From the NCBI RefSeq assembly GCF_036321535.1, contig NC_087437.1, forward strand, positions 19,594,001 through 19,658,000: 64,000 nucleotides of DNA. The letters run 5' to 3'. Below are positions 36,148-48,175 of this stretch, in pieces. Made by a program: the position numbers and the translations under genes. Position 1 is the stretch's first letter. Each line of letters begins with the position of its first letter. The notes beneath the pieces are model-generated. The model was given only the letters and a program-made list of their open reading frames with translations. It had not been told where the DNA came from and made no database searches. The DNA comes from Camelus dromedarius. Its lineage: Eukaryota.

Positions 36148-36163
36148 CAGCGCCATCTGGTCA
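36148..36163 (-). promoter_or_regulatory. Candidate CTCF binding site
   Basis: Minus strand TGACCAGATGGCGCTG matches the CTCF core CCASYAGRKGGCRS at 12 of 14 positions and sits in a local CpG-retaining patch. Confidence 0.5.
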
Positions 36164-36709
36164 AACCCGCCTCCTCTCTGGCCTCATGGCCCAACCATCT
36201 CTTGGAAGAACATCTCTCCCAACGGAGAGAAAAACATCTCCCAGAGCCCTGGAAGCGGGAGCAGAGTTCTCTGGTGGGGGCCGCCGTTTCAGGCCCCCGG
36301 TGCAGCCGAGGTGGGGTAATTCTGTCCGTGCAGGCAGCTTGTCTTGAAGCAAAAAGCTGGCAGTGCTGGAGTCTGCTGAAGGTGCCTCCATTTCTCAGAA
36401 AGCCCAGACACGACTGCACACCTCTGAGTCTGGCCAAGCTTCTCTGTCTGGACCATCCCACCACGTTCTGTGGCATCCTGCTCTCTCCGGTGCTGTGTCC
36501 TCACGGGACCCCTCTCTCAGTCCCTGTTTCACTTCAGGCCTCCTAGGACAGAAACCAAGACTGTGAAATTATTTCTACTAGCTCACCTCTCATTAAAAAC
36601 TGCCTCCCTCCCGCCCCGGCAAGACCTTGATCTCTGCTAGAAAAACTGAGGAAGGAACAGAGAAACACATTCTCAACAAGGGAATACCAATGTCAATAAT
36701 AAAGACACC

Positions 36710-36860
36710 AGCCAACCTTACTTAATATTCTTGGTGTACTAGCATTGTACAGGGATGGGTCTCATTTTATCCTTGCAGTGACTCAATTCTATCTCCATTT
36801 TACATGAAGAGAAATTGAGGCTCAGAGACAGCAACTTGCCCAGAGTTAAACAGCTGATGT
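36710..36860 (-). mobile_element. MIR fragment
   Basis: tctccattttacatgaagagaaattgaggctcagaga...aacttgcccagagtt. Confidence 0.8.
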
Positions 36861-37019
36861 ACTGTGGGAAAGGCAATAAATTCTTGAGTCTAGAGTATTA
36901 AGCACTTCTCTTACCCATGTAGTGGTTAACCTGGGCTTTTTTTGCTGGGGACATTTTATTGCAAAAGAGCTCTAATTTTTGTTCTGCAAAGGGAGGTACT
37001 AATGATAAAACTGGCTATT

Positions 37020-37250
37020 AGTGGAAGAGGTGTTTTGAGTTCGGTATCTTCCTAGAGCCCTTAGGTGACATTGTGGGTATTTAGCCTCTCTGTACCTCAT
37101 CTATTGCTCAGTTTCATCATCTATAATATGGGTTGAATAATACATACAATCTGCAGGGGTCGTGGTGAGTTTTCAATGAGTTACTGTGTATAAAATGCTT
37201 AGAGCAGTGCCCAGGACAGGGTAGGTGCTAATGAATATGATTATTATCAC
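37020..37250 (+). mobile_element. MIR SINE
   Basis: ctcagtttcatcatctataatatggg...aaatgcttagagcagtgccca...gtaggtgctaatgaat. Confidence 0.8.
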
Positions 37251-37647
37251 AGTCTTATTGTCAGGGTGGTGGCATCCATCTCCAGCCATGTGTGGGGGAA
37301 CATGTCTTATTGGAGAGCAGGTGGGTTCCCAGAAGAAGCAGAGCAGCAGGTGCCATCTGTACTCCCCTGTTCTGGCTCCTCTGGGAAACCAGACCTTGGC
37401 CACCAGAGAGAGCAGCCAGGAGCCCAGGCCAAGCACAGGTGAGATGCCTTCTCCCTGCCAGGCCACTTCCAGTATTTCCCAGCATCCCAGGATACAGGCC
37501 ACTCATGGCGCTGATGGTGGGCCAGGCTGGATGTTATTTTCAATAACAAGAAGAAAGGAGGATTCTCTGACATTCCTTGCATCTGAAGGGGAAGGACTGA
37601 ATGGTTCACAGAGCTGACAGTCAGGTTTCATCTTTTAATGTTCCTCT

Positions 37648-38299
37648 TGAGACAGGAGGGAAGGCGGCAGGGCACAGCCATTAAAAGAATGACTCAGCAA
37701 TTAGCACCAAGATGGTGGAAGATTCAACTCCCGGTAGACGCTGAGCTTCAGTATACGCTCATTGAAATACAATAGCTGCTAAATGGTCCTCCCACAGGCA
37801 TCATAACAGTTTCAAGGCTGACCATGAAAGGTCAAAAAGTGGGTGACGGCCCAGTTCCTGGGAACCACAGCCCCCTCCCCAAAGGAGTTGGAATAATCCC
37901 CCTACCTGTTAGCATGTGAAGTTACTGAGCCCATAAAAACTAGTAGCCCCCACACCTCTGGGCTGATCTCATTTTTCCTAGCTGCCCCCGTGCTCTGAGC
38001 CTCCTCCCCAACTCCACCCCCAGCTCCCCCCAACCCTTGCCCTTCTGAGTAAGATGGCCCACATTCTGCTTATGGAATGTGTAACTCCTAGGCCTTTCTC
38101 TTGCCTTCTGAAACGGCCTACACTCTGTCCATGGAGTATGTATCTCTCTGAATGAATCTACTTGTACTCAATCGTGGCTCATTCTTGAGTTCTTTCCTGC
38201 ATGAAGCCAAGGATCCTCACTTGATGGGGTGCATATCGGGACTCGCCTGGGACCTGGGACATGGCCATCTTCTGGTGCCCTGCTGTTTTACCTATATCA
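37648..38299 (+). mobile_element. ERV1-like solo LTR (652 bp)
   Basis: TGA...TCA termini with a perfect 4-bp TSD ctct / ctct, typical of class I ERVs. TATA-like ccataaaaa, and a degenerate polyA ctgaatgaatc followed by ttgagttctttcctgcatgaagccaagga. Confidence 0.88.
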
Positions 38300-38834
38300 C
38301 TCTCTCCTAGCACCCTCTGGTTCTTATTTGGATGGTTTGATGCCCTGTGGACAGGGCATGTGATGAGGAAATGTAGGGAAAGGGAACTCGCCCTTGATGT
38401 AGCAGCGTGTACTCCCATCCTCACTGCTTGAGTCCCTACTGCCCTGAGCTGGGCTCCCACATAGATCTGGACTTCCTGGGACATTCTTTCAGCAGCATCT
38501 ACATTATGTACATCTACAACCCAACTGCCAGCTTCTGTGGGCAGCCCTTGAATGCCTGACTCCCACTCTGCACACAGCCCTGGGCATCACAGGGCACTGA
38601 GGAGCCTCAGAGGGTTGGGGCTGCAGTAGCTGTTAGCATCCTTCCTCCTGGGAAGGCTGGGCCATTCTCCCAGATACGTAACATCCCAGGAAACTAAGAA
38701 AATGCAAGTTCACTTGGTAGATGCAGATTCAAGCCCATGATAATTTCCAGATACTCCTAATTAACCTAATTAGTGAGATCAATTTGGGTCAACCAGTGCC
38801 AACAGTGCCAGCTCTTTACCTGTATTATTATTTT

Positions 38835-39175
38835 ATTAGGAAATGCTTTCTGAGCACCCACTACATGCCATGTGCTGCTATAGAGATGAATCGAAGAGAC
38901 ATAGGCCCTGTCTTCTGGGAGCTGAGACCCAGAGGAATGAGAGTCAGTGGGGAGACACCCTGCCACCAAGCAAAGACAGAGACGTGAGAGACAGGAAGGG
39001 TAGTGCCACGTGTAAGGCACTTCACAGTGACTCATGCTGGCAGCTGCAGCTGATATTATTATCATTACTGAAGTAGCTCAGATTAAGGAGTGACTGATTT
39101 TGTTGGCAGTTGGACAGTAAAGATCACATAGAAGAGGTGAGGTTTTTGCAGAGATTTGAAGGTGAAACATGTTCA
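38835..39175 (-). mobile_element. L2 fragment
   Basis: tttctgagcacccactacatgcca...ggccctgtcttctgggagct...gaagaggtgagg...gagatttgaagg. Confidence 0.65.
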
Positions 39176-39639
39176 CCAGGCTGCCTCCACCCCTGGGAGA
39201 GAGGCATGGCAGACACTGAGATCCCCATCACAAAGTACAAAGCACAGAGGTAAGACTCAAGGAACCAGGCAGCTCCATGCTAGCCCGAATGACGGCTCCC
39301 ACAAACATCTCAGTCCTTCCCCTCCTCATGCTTGTGGAATGGGACTAGGGAAACAGCTTCCTGCCCACTTACAGAGAATATGCCGACATCTACCCAGTCC
39401 CGTGTGGGATCCAGCACAGGTGGGCTGACGGGCCCCTATGCTGGGACCTTCTGTCTCATCCATGGCTCTGGCCAGCTGAGTCTGTTGCCTGCACTCAGCT
39501 GGCGTGGGGAGAGCTAATTGGCAGACGAGGCACCACGGGAGGCTGGGCATCCTCGTCCCTGACTGTCCCTGACGCTACAGCAGATGGTCTGCCTTCTCCA
39601 GCCCTTAAGAGACACCCCCTCGCAATTACCACTCCACAG

Positions 39640-39830
39640 CTGCCATGCGCGAAGGTTAGATTGATGCCTCCAATGTGTGCCTGGAAGATTATGTAACCCG
39701 CTGGCAGGAGAAAGCTGCCACACTTGGTGAGTTTAGCAAGATTAAATGTGTCAACAGTCGGCTTTGAATATGAAATAATGCAAATGTCTCCTTAGTTTCA
39801 TTTGCATTAAAAAAAAGTCAAGATTGGTCT
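39640..39830. promoter_or_regulatory. Candidate enhancer: inverted octamer pair plus PAR-bZIP site
   Basis: ATTATGTAAC (39688-39697) fits RTTAYGTAAY. taATGCAAATg (39776-39786) and cATTTGCATta (39799-39809) form a perfect 11-bp inverted repeat. Not recognisably repeat-derived. Confidence 0.4.
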
Positions 39831-39869
39831 GTGTTCTGTCTAAAATATTATAGATGGAGGGCACATTTA

Positions 39870-40190
39870 ACTCATTCATTCAGTCCACAAATGTAGATTA
39901 AGTGTTTATGATGTTCCAGACCAATGGGACTTATCAAGAATCAAAGACCATGAATGATTCTTGCCCTCAGGAAGTTTACACTCTAGTAGGTGAAACAGGC
40001 AATAAGTTGTAAACACAATAATTACACACATTACCTGGTATGACAGAAGGTGAAAAATGTCATGGAATAAATTGTTTTTAAATGAAGCAGGAGAAAGATG
40101 ACTAAGAGTTGGGGGGGGGGGTACCACACAATGAATGAGGCAGTCAGACGGGTGTTCCCTGAGGAGTGGATTCAACATTGCTTTAGTTGA
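39870..40190 (-). mobile_element. L2 3' fragment
   Basis: ctcattcattcagtccacaaatg...ttcttgccctcaggaagtttacactctagt. Confidence 0.7.
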
Positions 40191-40335
40191 TTTTTCACTC
40201 TCCTGGTTAACAGGAGTTTGGTAGATAGGTCTAGGGGGAGTGGCTGAAATTGCTCCAGGATGTTTTGAGACCTTGTCCCCAGTCCTCATGGGGAACTTCA
40301 CTGAGGAAGCCTGGAGAAGCACCTTCTCCCTGCCT

Positions 40336-40436
40336 AAGGTGACCAGTTGTCCCGGGTTGTCTGGGCTGCAGAGGCTCCCAGGACATGGGCGATTCACACC
40401 TACAACCGAGGAAAATGTGGGCAAATGATCACTGTA
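40336..40436 (+). mobile_element. MER94-like (hAT-Blackjack) MITE
   Basis: aaggtgaccagttgtcccgggttgtctggg...ggctcccaggacatggg...gggcaaatgatcactgta. Confidence 0.7.
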
Positions 40437-40974
40437 GCCCACACCAGTGCCTCAGTAGAATCTGACTTCTAATTTAGCCCCTGTGAACCCTCAACTCAGC
40501 CACACAGAGTGGACTGGCTGTTCAAGGCTTCAGCCTTGTCTTACTCATCTTTAAATCACCCTGAGCCTAGTTAAAAATGTTCTTTTGTCTTAAACCCATT
40601 TTGTTTGATATATAAACTAGAACTCTGAGAGGTTGGGGATTTCATCAAGATCAAATGGCAGAAGAGCTTTCTCCTCCCCTCCTGTGATTCCTGGTCTACC
40701 CTGGGGCCCAGAGGACCGAGAGTGAGCACCCATTTCCAGTGTGCTTTTGAAAGTCTCCAGGGAAACTTTACTTGCAGATATTGGGGAGTCGAAAACATTT
40801 GCCTCAAGTGAGGTTTGAATATTTCCCAAAGATTTTCATTGTCCAGCTCCTCTGGATGGGTTGAATTCAGAGCTCCTCCAAGACAGGGATTCCCATGTGC
40901 TCCTGCCCCTGAGCAGAGGGCCTGGCCTCTGGCAGGATGTTGGTCCACACCTTATTGCTGTATCATCGTTTCCT

Positions 40975-41600
40975 TCCTTTCAAACTCAACTTGAGCAGAA
41001 CTAAACTCAGCAATCCCCATCTACCTGACTCCTTAAACACACTCCTTCTCCCAAGCTCCCGCCACAGTGAATGGTCTCACCATCCTCTAATCACTCAAGC
41101 CAGAAGCCTGGCCGACCCTTCCCTCTCCCTCATACCCACAGCCCATGAGTCATTCCCCTCTGTATTGCCTCTCAGACCAGCCCCTGGTCCTCATCCCCCA
41201 TCACCGCTGCTCCAGTCACCATCATCTGGTACTTGGATGACAGCAAAGCATTCTCATTGGTCTCCTATTCCTTCTCAGACTTTCTCCAACACTGACAAAG
41301 GGATCTTTTAAACATACTCAACTGATTCTGTCACTTTTTTCCTTAAAAGACCTCCAATGGTTTTCAATTATTGAGATAAAATCCAGGGTCCCTAGCCGGC
41401 ACACTGTGCCTTCCAGAATCTTGTCTGCTTACCTTGTCTGGCCTCAACCCAGACCCATTTCCTAACACTCCATCCTCTGAGGAACTTAACATTCCTTAGG
41501 AGACTCTGCCATTCTGTTTTTATTCACATCACTCCCTCTGGAACAGCCACCTTTCTTATTTCAAGACTCCCCTGATGTTACCCTGCAGGAGACTTTTCTT
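40975..41600 (+). mobile_element. L2 LINE fragment
   Basis: tcaaactcaac...cagtgaatgg...actcaagccagaagcctgg...gggatcttttaaacat...ctccaatgg...ataaaatcca. Confidence 0.85.
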
Positions 41601-41624
41601 GACCCTTCTGGTTAGAACTAGCGT

Positions 41625-42025
41625 GCTGTGCCACCAGTTGTCCACTGACACTCAATACCTCCCATCCCCCTGGCTTTCTAGGCTCAGAGGCTTTCCTACA
41701 TCTCAGAGGCTGGAAGTCTGGAAACTATATTACCTAGAGTCCCTTGACAGCAGAGTTCCAGTTTAAGTTCTTTAAATGAGAGGCTGGTGCCTGTGATTTA
41801 GAAGTCAAAATAAAGGGGCAAGTCCTTATTTACTCCCAGGAATGGCAGATGGCTGCTTTGGGTAGTTCCTTTAATTCCTCATTTCCTGAAAGCCAGCATC
41901 AGTTTTCCATTATCATTGCTTTTCCACATCTTCCATCAGTTTTATAAATATTGAATCTCCTGCAATAAATCTCTCCCTCTTGAAATATGGAGAGTAGTTT
42001 CTATTTCCCTAATGGGTATGTGTGC
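41625..42025 (+). mobile_element. LTR33-like ERVL LTR (ancient)
   Basis: aggctggaagtctggaaactatattacctagagtcccttg...aataaatctctccctcttgaaat...gagtagtttctatttccct. Confidence 0.65.
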
Positions 42026-42574
42026 TTCCTATTTTCTCAGGTGTAAGAAGTCTTTACATATCCAGCACCTAGTCCAGTATCTGGCACTTGGATTCTGGAT
42101 GCAGGGACCTGAAATGTGGGGGTTTCCTTAGAGAAGCAGACAATTTTTAATCTGTGAGTGGACAAAGAAGTGTGAGGATTCAGTTATACAAGGCGTGTGC
42201 CACTTTTTTGGATTGAGGTACCAAAAATTAAATGGAATTATTACAAATCTTATGCCTAAGAAAGGAATTGGAAGCTTTAGTTGGAAAGAGTTCGTGCTAA
42301 AAGCAGTTGGGGAACCTCTGCTTGAAGACTGGGATGGGTTAAAGAAAGTTTGCGTAGATTTGAGTGGAAAGATGAGAGTGACCCTGGGTGAACGATTCCA
42401 GCATATAGAGGCAAATTTCACGATGAGATACTTATCACGCGTGGGAGAGGGTGCTTGGCACAAGTTTTGAAGAAATGTGTTAGAAAACATGTGGAATTAC
42501 GTTTGGGAGGGAAGCCAGGGGGGCCAGGTAGGAAAGTCATGGCTGAGTGAGGTCCACGTTGGATGGTGGACTGG

Positions 42575-42700
42575 GCTCCTGAGTGTGAGCCCTTGGAGGG
42601 CAGGGAGTCTGCCTTGTTCTTGGCCGTATTCTGGCATCCAGGATAGTTCCTAGCACAGAGCAGGGCCTCCCGAGATGTTTGTTGTTTGAATGACTGTTGA
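42575..42700 (+). mobile_element. L2 3' end
   Basis: gtgtgagcccttggagggcaggga...tagttcctagcacagagcaggg...atgtttgttgtttgaatga. Confidence 0.75.
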
Positions 42701-44564
42701 GAAGATTTATCCTGGTGGACTTCTGCTTCTCAAAGAGGAGGTGGCAAAACGGGCAGGCTGTGTTTGGGTGAGGGATACTTTTGCCTCTGACTCTGGTTTT
42801 CTCTCCTGCTGCGTGGGGCCATACCTGACAACCCAGGAGTCGACCAGGACCACAGACACCTGGGCCTGAAAACAAAGACTTAGGAAAATAAAGGAAACAC
42901 CAGGACCCAGAAACAACACGAGCCCTACACATGGTCGAGAGGAAAGGGGCAACCTGAAGAGGCAGGTTGTACATTTAAAAACTTGGCCTGAAAGAAGTCA
43001 GGGAGCCCCAGAAGGAGATGGAACACCAGCGGGCTCTCCCACTGCCACGGGAAAGGAGGCAGCAGGAAGGAAACCTCGGGAGATGAGAAGAGGTGAGGTT
43101 TTCAGGAACCCGTGGAACCAAGAGATGGTCTTCTCCAGAAGCCTCACAGCAGCTTCGGTTCCTGGTGTTCCTGCAGCTGAGTCAAAAACTAGGGACAAGG
43201 AAAAGGCCCTAATAGACGGGTTTTACCAGGCCTGCGCCGGAGGAAGAATACAAGGCAGGGCAGGAAATACCCAGGATGCAGGTGACAGTCCCAGAGTGGA
43301 GAAGGGTGTGAGCACAGCAGAGGCACCCATGCTCAGCTGGGGCTCACAGCAGGGAAGGGGCAGGTGGGACTGATCATGTGAGGCAGCCCCAGGACTGGCA
43401 GGAACAGAAGAATCGACAAGGTGATGGGAATTTGGAGGTTTTATAAACACAGGCTGGGTGCAGAGGAGATGGAAACTCAAGGTAGACCAGGAGGCAGGGG
43501 CTGCACTACAGCGAAGGCCAGTCTTCCCGGCAATTCTGGTGAGTCTGAAACCCCAAATATTTTCTTTCTGTCTCACATTTGTTTTTTCTAAACTCCTTTT
43601 TCCCAGATGTCACTAAGCATCTGCTTCATCCCCAGGCTGGCAGCAGAAACGTGGGTCCTGGGAACATCGTGTTGCTTGGCTAAATTTGGTGGGGATGGGG
43701 CTGTGGCTGAGATATTCTTGTGGGCCCTATGGACTTTCAAACTCTTTGAAAAGCGGGACACATGAGCAATTTGGGATTGGATAAATCTGACCTCCTTGTC
43801 GCCGAGGGACACACCCATTCTGGGTAGACAAGGCAGGCAGAGAGCAGCTGCTCCTGGAGGAGACACTCAGACTCCAGCTAGGGGAGCTCCACTGGGGGAA
43901 TTCAAATCTGGGAGGGAAGGTCTTTTATTTCTTGGGGTTAATTTGCAAAAGGATGGGAACTCCAGATTTGAACTTTGATTTCTCTTGTAGAATTTAATAA
44001 TGGAGAGGGCTCCACAGAGCTCAAGTTCAGGGTATTTTTAAATTTATCCTTGGGGTATTTTTATGCTGTCATGTGGTGTTTGTGGTGTGGCTTCCTTTGC
44101 TGAGCTATATTGGACAGTGTGGCTTGAAATTTGAGATGGGAAACACAATCGGGGTGAATTTTTGGCCTAGGGTGCAGTGGAGGACTTGGAGTGATTTTAT
44201 TTACTACCCTGTTCTGACCATTTTAGAGGCTTCTAGGGTAACAGCTGAACTGCTCATCCCACAGGCCCCCGGGTGCTGATGCATTGTGTGGCCGGAAGTT
44301 GTGAGGTCTCAGCTCCTCTGCTGGCCTCCGCCCCTGCAGGGACAGGTGTCCCTGGGCTGACTGAAGTGGGCCAACGCTGGGCGCAGTTAGGACAGCATCC
44401 CCATCCCACCTGCCTCCTGTGTCCACGAAGAAAAGGCCTCCTCCTGCCCTCTGCTGACTCAGTTGCCCCAAGGACAGCAGAGCTGCTAACATTCAGAGGG
44501 ACACCCCTTGGCCAGGAAGCAGAGTAGGAACGTTACAAGTACAGCTCACATACAGCAGGACTAA

Positions 44565-44785
44565 CCCAACGTGCCTCTTTGTAAATTTGAAAATGATGCC
44601 CCATCTGGGGAGCCAGGGCTGGTTACAAACATAGGTTAGTGAATAGATGACATGTTTGTGCAAAGACAAATGTACCCCTTTTGCTTTGGAGCAGAGCTGG
44701 GGCTAGACTGTGGTTCCTGCCTGCCCCCTCAGGGAGTGCTCTTGTGCAGTGCACAACCTGCACCACCACACACAGCTGCCCTGCA
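44565..44785 (-). mobile_element. MER91-like (hAT-Tip100) fragments
   Basis: Terminus cttgtgcagtgcacaacctgcac...gctgccctg is the reverse complement of the MER91 5' end. cctctttgtaaatttgaaaa...gcccc lies upstream. Confidence 0.55.
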
Positions 44786-45215
44786 TACCCTTTCCTTTCT
44801 CACACCGGCCAACCCCCGGTCACTAGGGCACTTGCATTTGAAAGTCTCCACTTGGGCAGGGGTCATGAGGTGAAGTCTACCTCTTGAGGCGCAGCCCAAA
44901 CCACAGCTCTCCTGTTCAGCTTCTCAGAGCCTGTGATCTTCAAGTCTCAGGACAGCAGTGAGGAAAAGCATTGTCTCTGGCCTGTTTGTCCATGGGTCTC
45001 TTGCTCCTTGGGGGTTAGTGGCAGCATCCACAGGTCCCTTGCTAGCTAGCATCTCTTGTGATGTTCTGTCTGCCAGGGCCTCAAAGGGCAGGAGGGTATG
45101 AGAGGAAAAATGGCTCAAACTCCACTCTAATCTCTAACAATAATACTAATTAATAATATTTGTTCCTTATATTAATAACAACATGGGGTCTTGTGGTTTC
45201 AAAACCTTTTTTAGA

Positions 45216-45300
45216 GGGGGAGGTAGAGTGGTAGAGTGCATGCTTAGCATGTACTAGGTCCTGGGTTCAGTCCCCAGTACCCATTTAAAAAATGAATAAT
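45216..45300 (+). mobile_element. tRNA-Ala-derived SINE (Vic-1-like), short form
   Basis: gggggaggtagagtggtagagtgcatgcttagcatgtactaggtcctgggttcagtccccagtaccc followed by an A-rich tail. Confidence 0.88.
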
Positions 45301-45615
45301 TTTTTTTTCACTTTTTAAAAAGTAGTTTTATATGGTGGCCTCTGTCAGGGATGAATGATGTGGAAACCTTCGCTCAGACCCATTAGAGGAACCACTCTGA
45401 CCTCTGAACCTATCACTGCCCAGGTTGTGAAATTCTATTTGTATAATAGGGAACGCACTGAGACTGCAGGACCCCCATCAGGACAGTACTGGATAAGAGA
45501 GATGTGGAGGTGGGGGATAAAGCAGGGGAGATTACAGTAGAATTTGAACCAGAATGTTATTCCAATAGCTGGGCCGAGCATGCTCACCTGCGACATGATC
45601 CCAGAAGGGTTCTTT

Positions 45616-45928
45616 GTTAATTAATTAATTAATTAATTTTGAAGTATAGTTGATTTACAATGTTGTGTTAGTTTCAGGTTACAGCATAGTGACTCAGTTG
45701 TACGTATACATACACATATATATTCTTCTTCAGATTTTTTCCCATTATATATTATTACAAGAAATTGAATATAGTTCCCTGTGCTATATAGTAGGTCTTT
45801 GTTGTTTATCTGCTCTATATATAGTAGTGTGTATCTGCAAACCCCGAACTCCTAATTTATCTCCTCCCCGCCGCTACCCTTTCCCCTTTGGTAACTGTGA
45901 GGTTGTTTTCTATGTCTGTGAGTCTATT
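45616..45928 (-). mobile_element. LINE-1 3'UTR fragment, subfamily A
   Basis: ttgaagtatagttgatttacaatgttgtgttagtttcagg...gaatatagttccctgtgctatatagtaggtc...ttcccctttggtaac. 14-bp TSD cagaagggttcttt / cagaagagttcttt. Confidence 0.95.
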
Positions 45929-46361
45929 CAGAAGAGTTCTTTAATTAAGGACTTGGTGAGGTGGACAGAAAAATGTATGGAACACGACTGTGCCCAGCCC
46001 ACACTAGAGAGGAGAAATAAACACCCTTGTCATATATGTAAACTGTAAGAGATAATGTGGTAGGTTCTGATCACCGTTTTCAAGTCTTGCAAGGAATTTT
46101 GGAGAGCCGGCGTGCCAGCCTGGACTTGTCCTCTTCCAGCCACTCCTGTTCATGACTGTGTGTCCCTGTGCCCCAGAGCTGCCTGCACTTTTCCCTCCAG
46201 ACGTTCGGTGCCCAGCACCTGGTCTTTGTTTCTGCGAGCCCTCCGCGTTCATTATGAGCACGGACTCTGGGGAGGCTTTGCAGCTTTCTCCTGAACTTTG
46301 CATGATTCACCTTGGGTTTAACTCAGGAACATCTACTGAGGCTACAGGTTCTGCTTGTCTC

Positions 46362-46478
46362 TAAAAGAGTGCCCTGGTGCTAAGGTTTGCTGGGAACTGA
46401 GGGTTTTCCTGGGACAGGGACTTAAAGTGATAAAATGGGGAAAGTTCCTTACGACCGGAACATGTTGATCACCCTACC
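46362..46478 (+). mobile_element. MER94-like MITE
   Basis: ggtttgctgggaactgagggttttcctgggacagggactt...aaagttcc...ccggaacatgttgatcacccta. Confidence 0.75.
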
Positions 46479-48014
46479 TAGTGCCCTGGCTCTCCCTTCA
46501 TTCCAGCGGCTGTGTTCTCTGCACCCCGATGAGAGTTCTCTGCTCACTCTAAGGTCACCCTTTTACCTCCTCACCCTCCCCACCGGCCAGCAGCTGAGGC
46601 CTGAGCAGGCTGTGGAATGACACTTGCCTGAGAAAACTGTGAATTTCAGTTATCATAAATAATTACACTGAGCTTTTTCCTTTCTGCTTGTCAGAGGTTC
46701 TGGGGACAGAAAGCGTCCCAGACACGGGTGCTCCCTAGGGGCTGCGGGTCTTGCCTGAAAGGCTGGTTTAGGTGTGCCCTGGGTCTCGCTGCCGCATCCA
46801 GCCCCATCATGCTTAGACGTGCTGTGTTTCTTTGGGTCAAAATCACCTCTCTGCTGCTTCTGTGCAAAACTAGCATTTCTCTCTGTTTCAGATTTATTCC
46901 AACCCAAATATTCTGAGGTTGGTCTCGGAGTTGTATCACTTTCCTCAGTTTTTTCTTGTTTCCATGGGGCTCACACGGCCAGCTTACCAAATACCTAGGA
47001 TTTTTGGTTATATTTTTTGGTTAGAAGAGTCTGGTCTGTTGCCACAATGCCTACATCCATACAGAACATTCTAGCGGTAACTGTGTAACTCGACAAGATG
47101 GCCAAAATGCAATTTATAGGCTCTTCCTGGAGTCACATGGCAAATCCATGCTCATGGTTTGGCTGGGGTGGGTCATATGCTGATACCATCAGCTCCAGGG
47201 CAGAGGTAATCTGTTTGCAATTCCAAACTCATTATTTCTTTATTTGCATTCAGTATTGCAAAGCATTCATGAGAAACACATTTTTAAAGCATCATTACTA
47301 TAAAATTTGTTAAACTGAGTGTAAACATTTTACCAGCAATATGTTCTGTAGGTTTTTACTTTCTTTCTTTCTTTCTTTCTCTTTTTTTGTTTTGTAACTG
47401 AAACATTTCATGGCTGCCTGGCTCCTAGGCTGGATCACATGTTAATAATGTCTCTACCTTGGGATGAACTTGGGCCGTTGCCGGCTGTCTTGTGAATTAG
47501 GAAGCCGTGAGTTTTTCATTCCTTATGGAAGGAATGCATCATCATTACGAAGCTTTCTTTTTTACTTTATCTTGTACCATCAAGTGTAATCAGAGGAACA
47601 GGAGGGCCTGTGTTCCTTGGAAGGAGATTTCAGGCACACAAATATTTGGTTTACCTGTCTCGGGGGAGCCCTGGGGCTCCTTACATGAGGGAGTTTGCTC
47701 CGTATAAATGTCATCCAGACAGCAGAGATGCTCTTGAAAAGAGAGACCTTAAAAGGGGTGGAAACAGATTCTTGCCTGGCAGACAGTATCCTTGAGTTAT
47801 AATGGCTTTGACCCTTGACCTATTCTGATTTCACAACTTTTTTAGTTTCAGTTTACAAGTTTAGAATTCAAAGCTGCATTTGCCTCTTCCCAGGTACGTC
47901 ATTTGCCAGTGGTGTGGAGTGCTGAGCACCCCAGAAGAACAGAAGTGACTCGTACCTGGAAGAGTTATTTCCACGTAAGGGGAAAGAATCGTCAGCTATG
48001 TGCATCTGTCAAGA

Positions 48015-48175
48015 TTCACCTGAGTTCGAATGCAGGTGGAATGTGGCTACGTGACCTCAGAGAAGTTCCTCAGCCTCTCTGTTTCATTTTCCCTACCCCT
48101 AAAATGGAGATACAAAAGCTCAGCCTAGAGGCTGGTTGTAAAGATGAAAATGTAGGCCATATAAAAATGTTCACA
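48015..48175 (+). mobile_element. MIR fragment
   Basis: cctgagttcgaat...gtgacctcagagaagtt...cagcctctctg...aaaatggagata...gttgtaaagatgaaa. Confidence 0.7.

Noticed and set aside
42195..42470. 91-aa ORF with fairly protein-like composition
   Set aside because: It has a GTG start, no recognisable domain and no convincing splice sites. A BLASTP/TBLASTN hit would be needed to reconsider.
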